The position numbers were made by a program, and so were the translations under genes. Positions 35,091 to 45,968 of a stretch of DNA of 64,000 bases are shown one piece after another. The notes below the pieces were generated by a model. That model worked only from the letters and a program-made list of their open reading frames with translations. It did no database searches and was not told the origin of the DNA. Position 1 is the stretch's first letter; the number at the start of each line of letters is the position of its first letter. The DNA lies in contig JAUPSS010000007.1 in assembly GCA_040285825.1 (NCBI GenBank), forward strand, positions 2,764,689-2,828,688. Direction: 5' to 3'. This stretch comes from Eukaryota sp. TZLM1-RC (lineage: Eukaryota; Protista; Metamonada: BaSk clade).

Positions 35091-35688
35091 AAGTAATATC
35101 AATCAGTAACTTGTGTTGTTTATAATTTGACCATTTCTTTTCCCCCTGGGTTTAATATTGAAGAATGATACTATGAATGTAATCTGATTTGATGTCAAAG
35201 ATTACTCAACAGAGATTAAGTAATAAATTGGTTGGCTGTTCAGCTTAAATATTATGGATTCAGCTTAAAGTAAAAACAAACTCTACGTTTTGTATAACTT
35301 GTGGTATTGTGGCTACCATAATCAATAGAACGGTTGCCCAATTCTGACATAGAATAGGACAATGATACAATGGTACAATTAGCTGTCAACACTGTTGTTG
35401 TTGCTGACTTCTATGCTAAATTCCAGACTTTTTCGGTTCTTATTTTCCCCATATTTCAAGCTAAATTGTTTCCCATCACTGCTGAGTCAGTCAATAGGTT
35501 AGTAGTAATGACAATTTCCCCAATAATGATGTCACCTTGAATCAATTACACTGAATGTCCGTTACGAAATAAAAACCCTCTCGTTTGATCTTCATTGCTC
35601 AAGAAATAATAGAATTCTTATGGGTCACAAATCATCTTCATCTTGTTAACCTTGTTATTGATCCACTCATTCAACACCATTCTTGAAA

Positions 35689-38077
35689 ATGGCCAACCTC
35701 TTTGATGATGTTGCTAAATCTGATATCACTGCTAATATCTCTCTCCTACAAAAAGCTTCTGTCAAGGACAAAATAGATGGGATGCGCCGTCTTTTATCGG
35801 TATAGTTTCCTTCTTTACTCATCCAAGATGATGTCCAAAGGCAAAGATTGTAATGAAGCCTTTGTAGAAGTAGTTAAAAATGTTCACATCGATAACATAC
35901 TCCTTTCGCGCCTCATCAGCTGCTTTGTTATCCACCATGCACACAACCACCCCACGGAAACCCTCCTAGCTGTGTCTACTCATGTACGTGCTCTCTCTGA
36001 CCCCAACCCGGATATCCGTGTCCAAGCGCTGAAGGCTCTCTCCTCACTCAAAACAGAAGTCGTCCTCCAAGACATCCTCACTTCCTCAGAGACTGGGGCA
36101 ACTGATGCTAACCCCATGGTCCGCAAGACTGCCATCTACGCTCTCGTCAAGGCTGCTTACCTCTCCGAACAATGTAAGGAAGGAGCTTTGGAAGTTATTC
36201 ATGGTTGTCTCGCTGATTCTAGTGTCACCGTGATTGCAGCTGCCCTAAGTGCAATTATAGACTTGGAACTTGACTATATTGATTTCAGCCAATTAAAAGA
36301 ACTGATTCACCCTCATTACAGAAAGATTTGCCACTTGCTCTCTGATTTTGATCAATTTCTACTTCCAAAAATCTTGGACTTTATGACCAGATACGTCAGA
36401 TCTGAATTTAACCTGGATGATGTCAATCACGACATTAATGATGACGATTCCGACTCTGATATTGATCTCACAAAACCAGCAGCTGATTCCATTTCTTGTT
36501 TGAATTTTGATCATCGTTTGTTTTTAGAATCACTTAAACCATTACTACATCACCAGAACCCATCAGTTTTCGTCTCAGTTTGTCTAACAATATTTCACAC
36601 TGCTCCCTTTTCTTGTGGAATCTTCAAGACTATGATCTCTTCTCTTGTCAAATTTATTCGTTATAGGAGAACTCCTGAACTTGAATTTTTCATACTGAGC
36701 TCTATTTTGCCAATCGTGAGCTCCTTTCCTTCTGATTTTGAACCAGTTTTGAAATTTTTCTTTATTTCTCCCGCTGATCCAATGTATATTCGCAAATTAA
36801 AACTAAAAATGCTAACTTTTCTACTCACCAGCGATAACTCCCACGTTATACTTCCTGAAGTCAACAATTATTGCCACTCACCAAACACGTGCCTGGCTGA
36901 AAAAGCTATTGATTCCCTCTCAATCATGGCTGTGAACTCTGTCAATCAAAATAATTGTTTCGTTGCAGTTGAGGCGCTCAAGACATTAATCAAATTGATT
37001 GGTCCCGTTGATTCTTCAAGACCAGAACAATCAAATTTGATTGACAAATCTGTTATGGCTGTCTCTGAACTTTTATCGCTCTTAATAACCACCTCTGAGC
37101 TATCTTCTGCTAATTTAGTTGACGTGTTGGCATCTATCCTTCGAAGATATGAAGTTCTGTCTTCAACAGCTTGCAGAGCCTCTGTCGTTCATCTATTCCG
37201 CCAATACGGTTATCTCGTCCCTAATTTTGCGCGGGAAATGCTTAGAATTGCGGCAAAAGGATTTAAAGAAGAAGAAGCCGAAGCCAAATTTGCCATTCTT
37301 TCTATGGCCTCTGTGATGAAGGTTAAACATGCAAATGATGACGTGATTACTGCACTTTTTGATTATATTATCAAATGTGCTAGTTATGACAGTGAATACC
37401 CCATTCGGGCAAGGTGCAGAATGATTAGTAGGCTTGTGACAGAACAATCAGAATTGATTGAACAGGTCAAGAATGAAATGCAAATCCTTGAAAAGTCAGT
37501 TGATGATGAAGTCGAGGAGGGTCAGAATGATGATGACGTGACAGAGGATCAAAATGATGAAGAAGTCAAGAAAGGTCTTGATGAATTAAACAAGGGAAAA
37601 ATCGACATTGTTAATTCTTTCATTGATGTTTTAAATACTTCCCTTGAAAGTTGGTCAGAGAGCCAAGCCAACACCAGCTCTATCATCAGGACTTCTCTAC
37701 CAGATTACCTTCCAGGGTCGCTTTCCTTTATTCTCAACTCTCCTCTACCAGGTCATATCTCTCTTCCTTTTTGGACTGATGAAGTAATTGATCATGGGTT
37801 ACGTAACGTTGAAGTAGAAGAAAGTAGTGAAGAGTATGTCACAGATAGTGAAGATGGTGACGAAGAGCAGGTTGAGTCAGCAGAAGGTGTTGAGTATGTA
37901 GAAGAATCTGAATCTAGTGAAGATGAAGATGATTTTTGGAATTTTGATAGGAAGAAGGGAAATAAAACAGATGATTTGGAGGTGGTGAAATCTAGTTTCA
38001 GTGCTGTTGCTCTTGAAGTAGAAGAATCTGACGGTTACGACTACGAGAGTTATACCGAAGTTTCTGATGAAGATTAG
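35689..38077 (+). CDS. AP3B: AP-3 complex subunit beta; 28-nt intron at 35800-35827
   Basis: Spliced N-terminus KIDGMRRLLS|MMSKGKDCNEAFVEVVKNV, LSDPNPDIR, DANPMVRKTA, LIHPHYRKICHLL.D.D, DHRLFL, Y.IRARCR, and an acidic hinge. The IHxHYRKlC motif is AP-3 beta-like. Confidence 0.9.
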
Positions 38078-38163
38078 TTTAGGTAATTTATTTGTAATTA
38101 AATATAAATTTGGTTGTATTCGTTTTTTTTTCATTTAAGTATTTGTCCAGTATTTGGTATTAT

Positions 38164-38560
38164 GTGAAGGAGGTTTTACCAACTTGAAGAGACACTTCTT
38201 TCAACAATAATCAGTCTTCAAAACATGTTTATTTCATATCAGAAATAGGCCGCCTTTCCAACTTCTTCATCATTCTCAACAGGTAACAATGGTATACAAT
38301 CATCATTATTTAATCAAATATTAGCTTTTTTCCTTAATAGAATTGATGAACATCTCATCTTTCAGGGTGAAGGAGGTTTCCAAAATTGAAGAGACACTTC
38401 TTTCAACAATAACCAAAAGCAAAGCTTCAAAACAAAATTACTCCATTTCAGAAACAGGCAGCTTTTCCAACTTTTTTATCACACTCAACAGGTAAAAATG
38501 GTAAATCATCATAAACAAATAACAAAATAGTTTTCATTTTTCTTAATAGAAATGATGAAT
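38164..38560. repeat. diverged ~200-bp direct tandem duplication, probably retroelement-derived
   Basis: GTGAAGGAGGTTT...TTGAAGAGACACTTCTTTCAACAATAA at 38164 and 38367. Confidence 0.7.
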
Positions 38561-38870
38561 ATTTGTTGTCTCAAATGCAATGTAATATCCTGATGCTGAA
38601 CATTTCGCCTTTCAGGTTCGAAGCTTAATTTATTTCAAATTTTAAAATCAATAAAATCGTTGAGATAGGCTCAATTGAAGGGAGGGGGTCCACTATTATT
38701 AATCAATCAAGGGCTGCTAATTGGAGTTATAGAGTATTTGAAGTGAGATGAGGCAGTTATAACCCACAGTAACCATTATAACCTCAGAGGGAGTGCAGGA
38801 TGTGGTATTCCCACATCTGGGTTGAATTGAAGTTTATAAACCCCAATTAAAACATCAATTATCTTCATTG

Positions 38871-39956
38871 ATGCGTCGTTTCAAAGTTGCCCCTCTTCAA
38901 ACAGCTCCTTCACAATCTGACCTACGTGTGTCTGAGACGGGTACCCTTCGGATGGATGACCTGTTGATCAATGCTGAAGGCGTCCGCTATGCATCTGATG
39001 AAGCTAACGGTACCAAAAAGTCATACAGCCGTCCTCAAAGCTGTTCATCTGACGGCAAACCCGAATTTACTGCCAGTATTAAGCTCTCTGACCTAGAAGT
39101 GTCTGATGTACTTGGACGTGGATGTCAGGGAATAGTCAGGCGTGCCTTACATAAACCCTCCAACACAACAATTGCTCTCAAAGAGCTTCGTTGCAATCTC
39201 ACAGACAAGACTGTGCGGAAACAACTGCTGAGAGAACTACATCTCTTGTACGAGGTTTCATGCCCTTATATTGTTCCATGCTATGGTATCTTCTTTGCTG
39301 AGCAGGCAATCAACATTGCCTCTGAATACATGGATAAGGGATGTCTGTCCTCCATCAAAACACCTTTAGGCTTTGGTCCCGCCTTACGTAGCGTTGCGCG
39401 GTGCATTACTTCTGCATTAGCCCACTTAGAAGGATGTAGACTGTTACATCGTGATATCAAACCTTCAAACCTCCTTGCAAACTCGGAAGGTGTAGTTAAA
39501 CTTGCTGATTTTGGTCTCACTGTCAAAACCAACAATGGAGTTACATCAATTACTTCCCTAGCTGCTACCATGGGTGGCTTTGGTGGAGATACGTTTGTTG
39601 GAAGTATAGCTTACATGAGTCCTGAACGCATCACAGATGGCAAATGTTATTTCGTAAGTGATCTCTGGTCAGCAGGACTAACCCTGCTTGAACTCGCTCT
39701 TGGAACTTATCCTTATAAAGCACAAGGGATTGATGGTGTTTCAAACAGAATGATTGAGCTCATGGATGTTATTGTGTCAGGACCGCCATCTTTTGAATGC
39801 GAAGATCCTCTTGCGAAGGAGTTTATAGAGTCTTGCATTCATGTTGAAATGAAGAACCGTCCAAGACCTATGGATCTTGTTGACCATCCTTGGTTAAAAC
39901 AAGGAGATCCAGAAGATGACAGGATAGCTTTTGTCAATGTGCTTAATAGTCTTTAA
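38871..39956 (+). CDS. MAP kinase kinase (STE7/MEK family)
   Basis: LGRGCQGIV, IALK, EYMDKGCL, HRDIKPSNLL, DFG, TFVGSIAYMSPERI, SDLWSAGLTLLELALGTYPY. Confidence 0.92.
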   Translation: MRRFKVAPLQTAPSQSDLRVSETGTLRMDDLLINAEGVRYASDEANGTKKSYSRPQSCSSDGKPEFTASIKLSDLEVSDVLGRGCQGIVRRALHKPSNTTIALKELRCNLTDKTVRKQLLRELHLLYEVSCPYIVPCYGIFFAEQAINIASEYMDKGCLSSIKTPLGFGPALRSVARCITSALAHLEGCRLLHRDIKPSNLLANSEGVVKLADFGLTVKTNNGVTSITSLAATMGGFGGDTFVGSIAYMSPERITDGKCYFVSDLWSAGLTLLELALGTYPYKAQGIDGVSNRMIELMDVIVSGPPSFECEDPLAKEFIESCIHVEMKNRPRPMDLVDHPWLKQGDPEDDRIAFVNVLNSL

Positions 39957-41139
39957 TTTTGTTGTACAGTTTAGGTTTTTGAGATTTCAACCAAATTTCT
40001 ACATTGGTAATGTTTCAGTATGCTCATAAAGTTTGGTTAATCCCTCCGTAATACGTGCAAAATGTAGTTTATTGAACATACTACGATTCTTTTATTGCTA
40101 TTTTAATCAATATTACTCTGATTATTTCAGATTTCCTATAGATAATTATAACATACATATAACATTGTTTCAATACTTTGTGAAAGCTGTAGGTCCAATA
40201 ACTTTGTGCCAAAATCAAAAATATCCCGAGGGTTTTTTCATAACTGCCTTTGCTTTTAAGTACCTTAAGACCTAATGAATTTGGTTCACAACATATCGGG
40301 CCAAATAGCAAAATTCGCAAAGTTTTCACAAACACTGTAATATTAATTTTCCTCTTTTGCTTGGATTTGTGGGAAATAATGATGAAATTGATGTCAATTT
40401 TGCAAGACACTTCTAATATTCCAGCATTATCCTTGTAGTAAAAATTTTGGGCTCATTAACCTTGGGAACAAGTGGAGAAATTAAATGAGAACATTGACAG
40501 TATCCGGACCAGGCTTTGGTTTTTCCAGAAAATAAATGGATAAATAAAAGAGCACTACTAAATGTAAAATCATCAATATCTACTGCATGTTAAGTGTCCT
40601 GAAATATTTGCATACTGGAAAACAACAACAGTCGCTGATTAGAAATTTTTAACCATGCTTTGCCCAATAATTTGAAGTACTGTTGTTGTTACTGATTAAC
40701 AAACTTGCTAGACAGATGAGGAATTTACATGATGACGTGGCACTTGTTCAAAAACAAGTATTTCTATTAATAAACTTCTTTTTCTCTCTTTACTTCTTTG
40801 GTATTTCTGCCTAACGGCATCGTACATTTCAGATTCATTATTTTACAGAACAATCTTGAAGTCTGACATAATGTTTGTTTATAAACACAATGCATTTGTA
40901 TCATTAAATAAAGACAGCGACTTTCAATCAGTCTGTAAAAGATCAAGAAACAATAAATCATTGATGACGTGATGCTTTCCCGAAAAGTAATTTCGGTGGA
41001 GCTGCAATTTGTTGTTTTCGATGTTTGTTCAAAACTTATACCACGTCTTTACAAGTTTTAGTCAACAACGCTGGTTCTGGATAAATTGATTCAATTAAAA
41101 TGAATTGAAATTGCATTGAAAAACATAGAAAATATGGCA

Positions 41140-42475
41140 AAGACCAATTGTTTGATTACTTTCCCATTTTCGATAAACGGAAGACTATCAGAAGAAACAG
41201 GAATTTGTTTGAATGATTTCCAAAAAATGGTTCAAGAAAAAACAATGCCAAGTTTTGCTATTTTTTTATGGCGCTCTTGGATTCAGTTTGCCATTCTTAA
41301 TAAATTACCTCCGTTTTTCAATCGAATAAGTGAAGCTTTAGCTAGACAGCAATCAGATCAAGATTTTGTAGAGGAAATTTTGGTTCAATGATATAAAAAA
41401 AAATTAATTTATTGAATTTGCACACTTGATTAAATTAAATCATAACTAATGGGACGACTATCATTAAACCAAGATTTCCTCTACAAAATCTTGATTTGCT
41501 TGCTGTCTAGCTAAAAGCTTCTCTAATTCGATTGAAAAACCGCGGTAATCTATTAATAATGGCAAATTGAATCCGTGAACGCCATAAAAAAATATCAAAT
41601 CTTTTCATTGTTTTTTTCTTTCACCATTTTTGGAAGTCATCCAAAAAAAGTTTCTGCTTCAACTGATAATCTTCCATTTATCGAAAATGGAAAAGCAATA
41701 AAAACCAGCTGTGTATTTCTATCGATATTTGCATCTTCAATTTCTTTATCATATTTTCTATGTTTTTCTTTTGCTTTAAAATCCAGAGCAGCCACAGGAT
41801 TAAGTTTTCTTCTGTGAACCAAAGTATCGTTTGCAACATTACATGAGACAAAAGTCAACAATAGCTTCAGAATTATCAATCCAATCACAGTATACATCAC
41901 CTCTATCATCAGAACCAAAAATTATTCAGAGAAAGTGTTTCTTTCAGCAGGGGCTCTTTGATACACGATATCCTTGCAGTTTGTGCCATATTGAAAACAG
42001 TGTCTCTAACAGCATCATGTAATGAAGAACGATAAGTTATCAATTTAGAGCAATTTAGAGCATGGCGCAAAAGTGAGTTGAGGTGAATTCGAACAAATAC
42101 ATTTTTCTTTTGATAATAATTGGTTAATGGGGATGTTCAAATATAATCTCATTTTTGTTACAAATGCTTCATTAGTAGCACACAATCCAAATCTTCGTGG
42201 TACAATGGTTACAAAAAGTGAAGAATCTGACACCTTGTTTTCACAAACACCCTTTTCCAATAACAATGAGTGAAGATCTTGATTTAAAACAGCCGAGCTG
42301 CAAATATTATTATAAAGATCTTTTTCATACATTCCAGTCAATCTTTTCTGTAATGTTCGAAGAGTGTACTTCAAATTTAAAACATTTTTTTCTGGAATAT
42401 TGCCATTGAATGATTGGGGAAAACATCGACCCCATTTTTCTACATCAATTCTTGAAATTTCTTTATTTAATGCAA
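41140..42475. mobile_element. tail-to-tail family A non-LTR copies (41140-41392 +, 41408-42475 -)
   Basis: Both end in ARQQ.DQDFVEEILV. The minus copy is near-identical to 25325-25521 joined to 32931-33796. Confidence 0.85.
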
Positions 42476-42570
42476 TGATATAAAATATTATTAATTCAAA
42501 TTGAATTAATTCTTTTCCCATTCCTGGATATTCTCCCTCTGTCTTTATTTCTCATTCTACTTATTTTATA

Positions 42571-43065
42571 ATGGTACATCTTGCATTACTTTTAGATTAT
42601 GAAGGGGAAGGATGTCAATCACTACATTATCACTCCGAGGTCTGGACATTTGTCATTAAGTGTTCAAATTGTGGACAAGTACATGACAGTCCTGTTGAGG
42701 TTGATATAACACGTGAGGAACAAGTACCTGGTAGTAGAGGTTCTGCCAACTTTATTTTAAAATGTCGTGGATGCTCCCGTACGTCCAGTATTTCTCATGT
42801 CGGATCACAGATTAAGAACAAAGATAAACTTGATGAGATTTGTACAAAGAACAAATTCGATCCAGCTGAACTCAATGGTGTTTTCGAATGCAGAGGCTTT
42901 GATATTGAAGAGTGGCTACTGGGTCCTGGGTTTATCTGCACATCAGAATCAGATCAACAGCTTCATGCCGATTTAACTGAAGGTATGTGGGCTGATGTCG
43001 ATGAGACTGGAACGTCTTGTTTTATTGAGCAGCCTGAAGTCTCCATTGTGAAGGCTAAATTGTGA
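42571..43065 (+). CDS. CZIB: CXXC-motif zinc-binding protein (DUF866/C1orf123)
   Basis: KCSNCGQVH, PGSRGSANFILKCRGCSR, FECRG, W.DVDE. Confidence 0.92.
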   Translation: MVHLALLLDYEGEGCQSLHYHSEVWTFVIKCSNCGQVHDSPVEVDITREEQVPGSRGSANFILKCRGCSRTSSISHVGSQIKNKDKLDEICTKNKFDPAELNGVFECRGFDIEEWLLGPGFICTSESDQQLHADLTEGMWADVDETGTSCFIEQPEVSIVKAKL

Positions 43066-43533
43066 TTGGCCTAGAGAGCTTATTAGCACCAGGGGGACTC
43101 GAACCCGCTCGGGAAACACACATTGATCGAAACGCCATTTGGATTACAATCTTCCAGCTGCTAGTTTGTATTAGCCGTCAGCGTGTCTGGTTTTATAAAA
43201 AACATTAAACCTACTTTTGCATACACGGGCTTTATAGACATCTCAGATTGATTCAATCAAAAAATTAGCAAAAGCAGGAATTTCTTGCGAAGTCGTGATA
43301 AGTGGAATAAATAAGAATCGGCCAACTTCAAACAAATGACCAATTTTGCAGCAATTGTATAATGGAAACCGAACCACGTAGATAAAAGACAAAGACAATC
43401 ATTGTGTTGGATGAGAACAGTTCAAAACCAACAGTGAGATTTAATTTAAAAAAAATGTGCATTAAATAAGAATCGGCCAACTTTTATTATCTGACATACA
43501 TCACTCTTCTTACAATCTTAACAACTCTTGGTA

Positions 43534-44199
43534 ATGGACTCCGCCCAAGCAGACAGACAAATCCAGCAAATGCTCTCTTTTATCCGCAGTGGAGCTGAAG
43601 ACAAAGTCAATGAAATACGAATTAAAGCTGATGAAGAAAGCAACCTTGAAAAGCAACGTGCCATCGAAGAAGCTAAAATCCTTATCGATGATGCCTACAA
43701 ACGCAGAACTCATAATGTTGGACTTGAACGTAAAGTGCTACGATCCAAAGTGGCAAGTGAGTGTAAAATGGACGTACTTGAAGCACAGGACAAGCTCATC
43801 CACACAACTCTGCACGATTCCCTCGTAGAAGCTATCAGAGGATACACTAATGATGAAGATAAATATAGATCTTTATTACATACACTTATATCAGATGCAG
43901 TAATGTTACTGAAACATTCAAACGTTAAAATACACTGCCGGACTATAGACAGAACACTAATAGAGGAGGGACTAGCTGAAATTTCTGCTGGGCTTGGAGA
44001 TGCTGGTTTCGATGTTGGTATTGAAGTTTGTTCAGATTCAAAGTTCATTGATGACTCGTGTCTTGGTGGTGTTGTAGTGACATCTATAGATGAGAAGATA
44101 AGAGCTGACAATACTTTAGATTACAGGTTGCGTAAATGTCTGACCTCACAAATGCCATTGATAAAGGATCGCCTTTTCAATGTAAATAAACAAGGTTAA
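43534..44199 (+). CDS. VMA4: V-type H+-ATPase subunit E
   Basis: QIQQMLSFI...EDKVNEIRIKADEE.NLEK, GGVVV, I..DNTLDYRL. Confidence 0.93.
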   Translation: MDSAQADRQIQQMLSFIRSGAEDKVNEIRIKADEESNLEKQRAIEEAKILIDDAYKRRTHNVGLERKVLRSKVASECKMDVLEAQDKLIHTTLHDSLVEAIRGYTNDEDKYRSLLHTLISDAVMLLKHSNVKIHCRTIDRTLIEEGLAEISAGLGDAGFDVGIEVCSDSKFIDDSCLGGVVVTSIDEKIRADNTLDYRLRKCLTSQMPLIKDRLFNVNKQG

Positions 44200-45027
44200 T
44201 AAGGTTTTTTGGGGATTTTTCTCTCTTCACACTATTAGGCGTACTATTATTAAAATATTTGTATATTTATCTGAATTAATTATCATCAAAAAAGAAATTG
44301 TGTTGACAAACTTTGAATAATGTAATTCAAGCAAATTAAATGTTTTTTATTCATCTTGCACACTTAATAAAATTAACTCATAACTAATGGGGCAAAATTC
44401 AATGATTCAAAACAAAGAATTTGAAACATCATAGGCCTATTCGAGGCATTGGATGGATTCAATTTCAGGAAAGAAATTGATTTTTAAAATTTACTAAACC
44501 CACACACTTGACAAAATAAAATCTCTTCTGAGGGGACGAAATTCATTGAACCAAGATTTTTTCAACAAAATCTTGATCTGCTTGCTGTTTAGCTAAAGTT
44601 TCCCAATCAAACAAATGAAATACACCCCTCACTTGTGCACAGCTTTTTCCACTCTTTGCAACTTATCCTATTGTTGAGAATAGTAAAACAGTTAGTAGAC
44701 CAAACACTGATGCGTTATTATTTATACCTTCATAGATCCACATATTTTTGCTAAATCAACTTCTCACAAATACAATTTATACATACATGAAGATGTATTT
44801 AACATGACTATCGTACACATTGTTGAAACGAATGTTATTTCATATGAAATCGATCATGTGATAGTAATTGTTTTAACATTCAACAAAATCAAATTTGAAT
44901 TGATTTTGAAGACTCATTGTATATGACTGCGAGGTGTTCGATGCTTTGACACGTCTTAGACTGTGTTCTTTCTATATATGACATTCCACATAAACAGAAA
45001 TCGTTTATTTATGCTCAATCTCCATAT

Positions 45028-45333
45028 TTACTGCTTCTTCGCTTGACGAGCCTCTCTACTAAGTGTTTGAGGGTGTTGTTCAGGCAAATCCTTTGAGAAC
45101 TGTTCATATTCTTCTCTGAATTCAGGAATATCAGATGGTTCTCCTGGGGACCCGGGTGCTGGACTAGTGGGCTTGGTTTCCTTCAGCATTTCTTCAGTAC
45201 TGGCATGAGGTTCACTTTCATACATTTTGTGTCTACCTTCATGTCCCCTCACATGGTATCCCATTTCCCCACGATGGCCTGGACCCTTTCCGTCTTCCTG
45301 AACTGAAGTTAGTGGTAATTTTATGTGGTACAT
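45028..45333 (-). CDS. hypothetical hydrophilic protein (101 aa)
   Basis: ATG-initiated ORF, GC-richer than its flanks, disordered composition; no family recognised. Confidence 0.5.
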   Translation of the reverse strand: MYHIKLPLTSVQEDGKGPGHRGEMGYHVRGHEGRHKMYESEPHASTEEMLKETKPTSPAPGSPGEPSDIPEFREEYEQFSKDLPEQHPQTLSREARQAKKQ

Positions 45334-45968
45334 TACCAGGTTTGCTAGTCTTTCGTTGTTGTTGAGATGACATTATGGACATGTTAACCACACATTTGTT
45401 TAAAAGGCATCTTGAAGATATCTACTAGATATCCGCTAAGGTGTATCACATTTAGTTTTTGTATTGGATTGGTTTTTATCAAGTTTCATCTGGTTTTTAT
45501 TATTTGTTGTGCTCCTACAAACCAATAAATTTGAAAATATGTTCAACTATTTGTGAGTACATTGTTTTATATATGGATGTTGTTTTTGTTGGTCTTGACG
45601 GTACCATTGACACTTCTCCCTCCACATTCTCTTGCTTGTGAATTTATACATAGAAACCATGGAAATCAAAACAATTCCCACCCTGTAAGTACTCATAACC
45701 ATTGTTCAAAGACCAATTAGGGACTTCATTGGTTATCACACTCCCAAAAGCTGGCAAATTACAGGACAAAATCTGAGAAAAAATATTGATGAACTTATAT
45801 TGAAACAAACGTTATAGTGCAGTAATCGATAATGCTCCACAGTATAATACCTACAATACATTTTTTAGAATAAAAATCTTGTCTCATATGCAATTAATCA
45901 GAAATCGCCAAAAGCAAATTGTATTTATCAATTTGATAAAACTTTAATCCCAACACTCCTGCTTCACA

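Noticed and set aside
43085-43165. tRNA gene on the minus strand (GGGTTCGAGTCCCCCTGGTGCT)
   Set aside because: Only a T-arm and 3' acceptor-like half are visible. I could not find a matching 5' acceptor strand, D-arm or anticodon arm.
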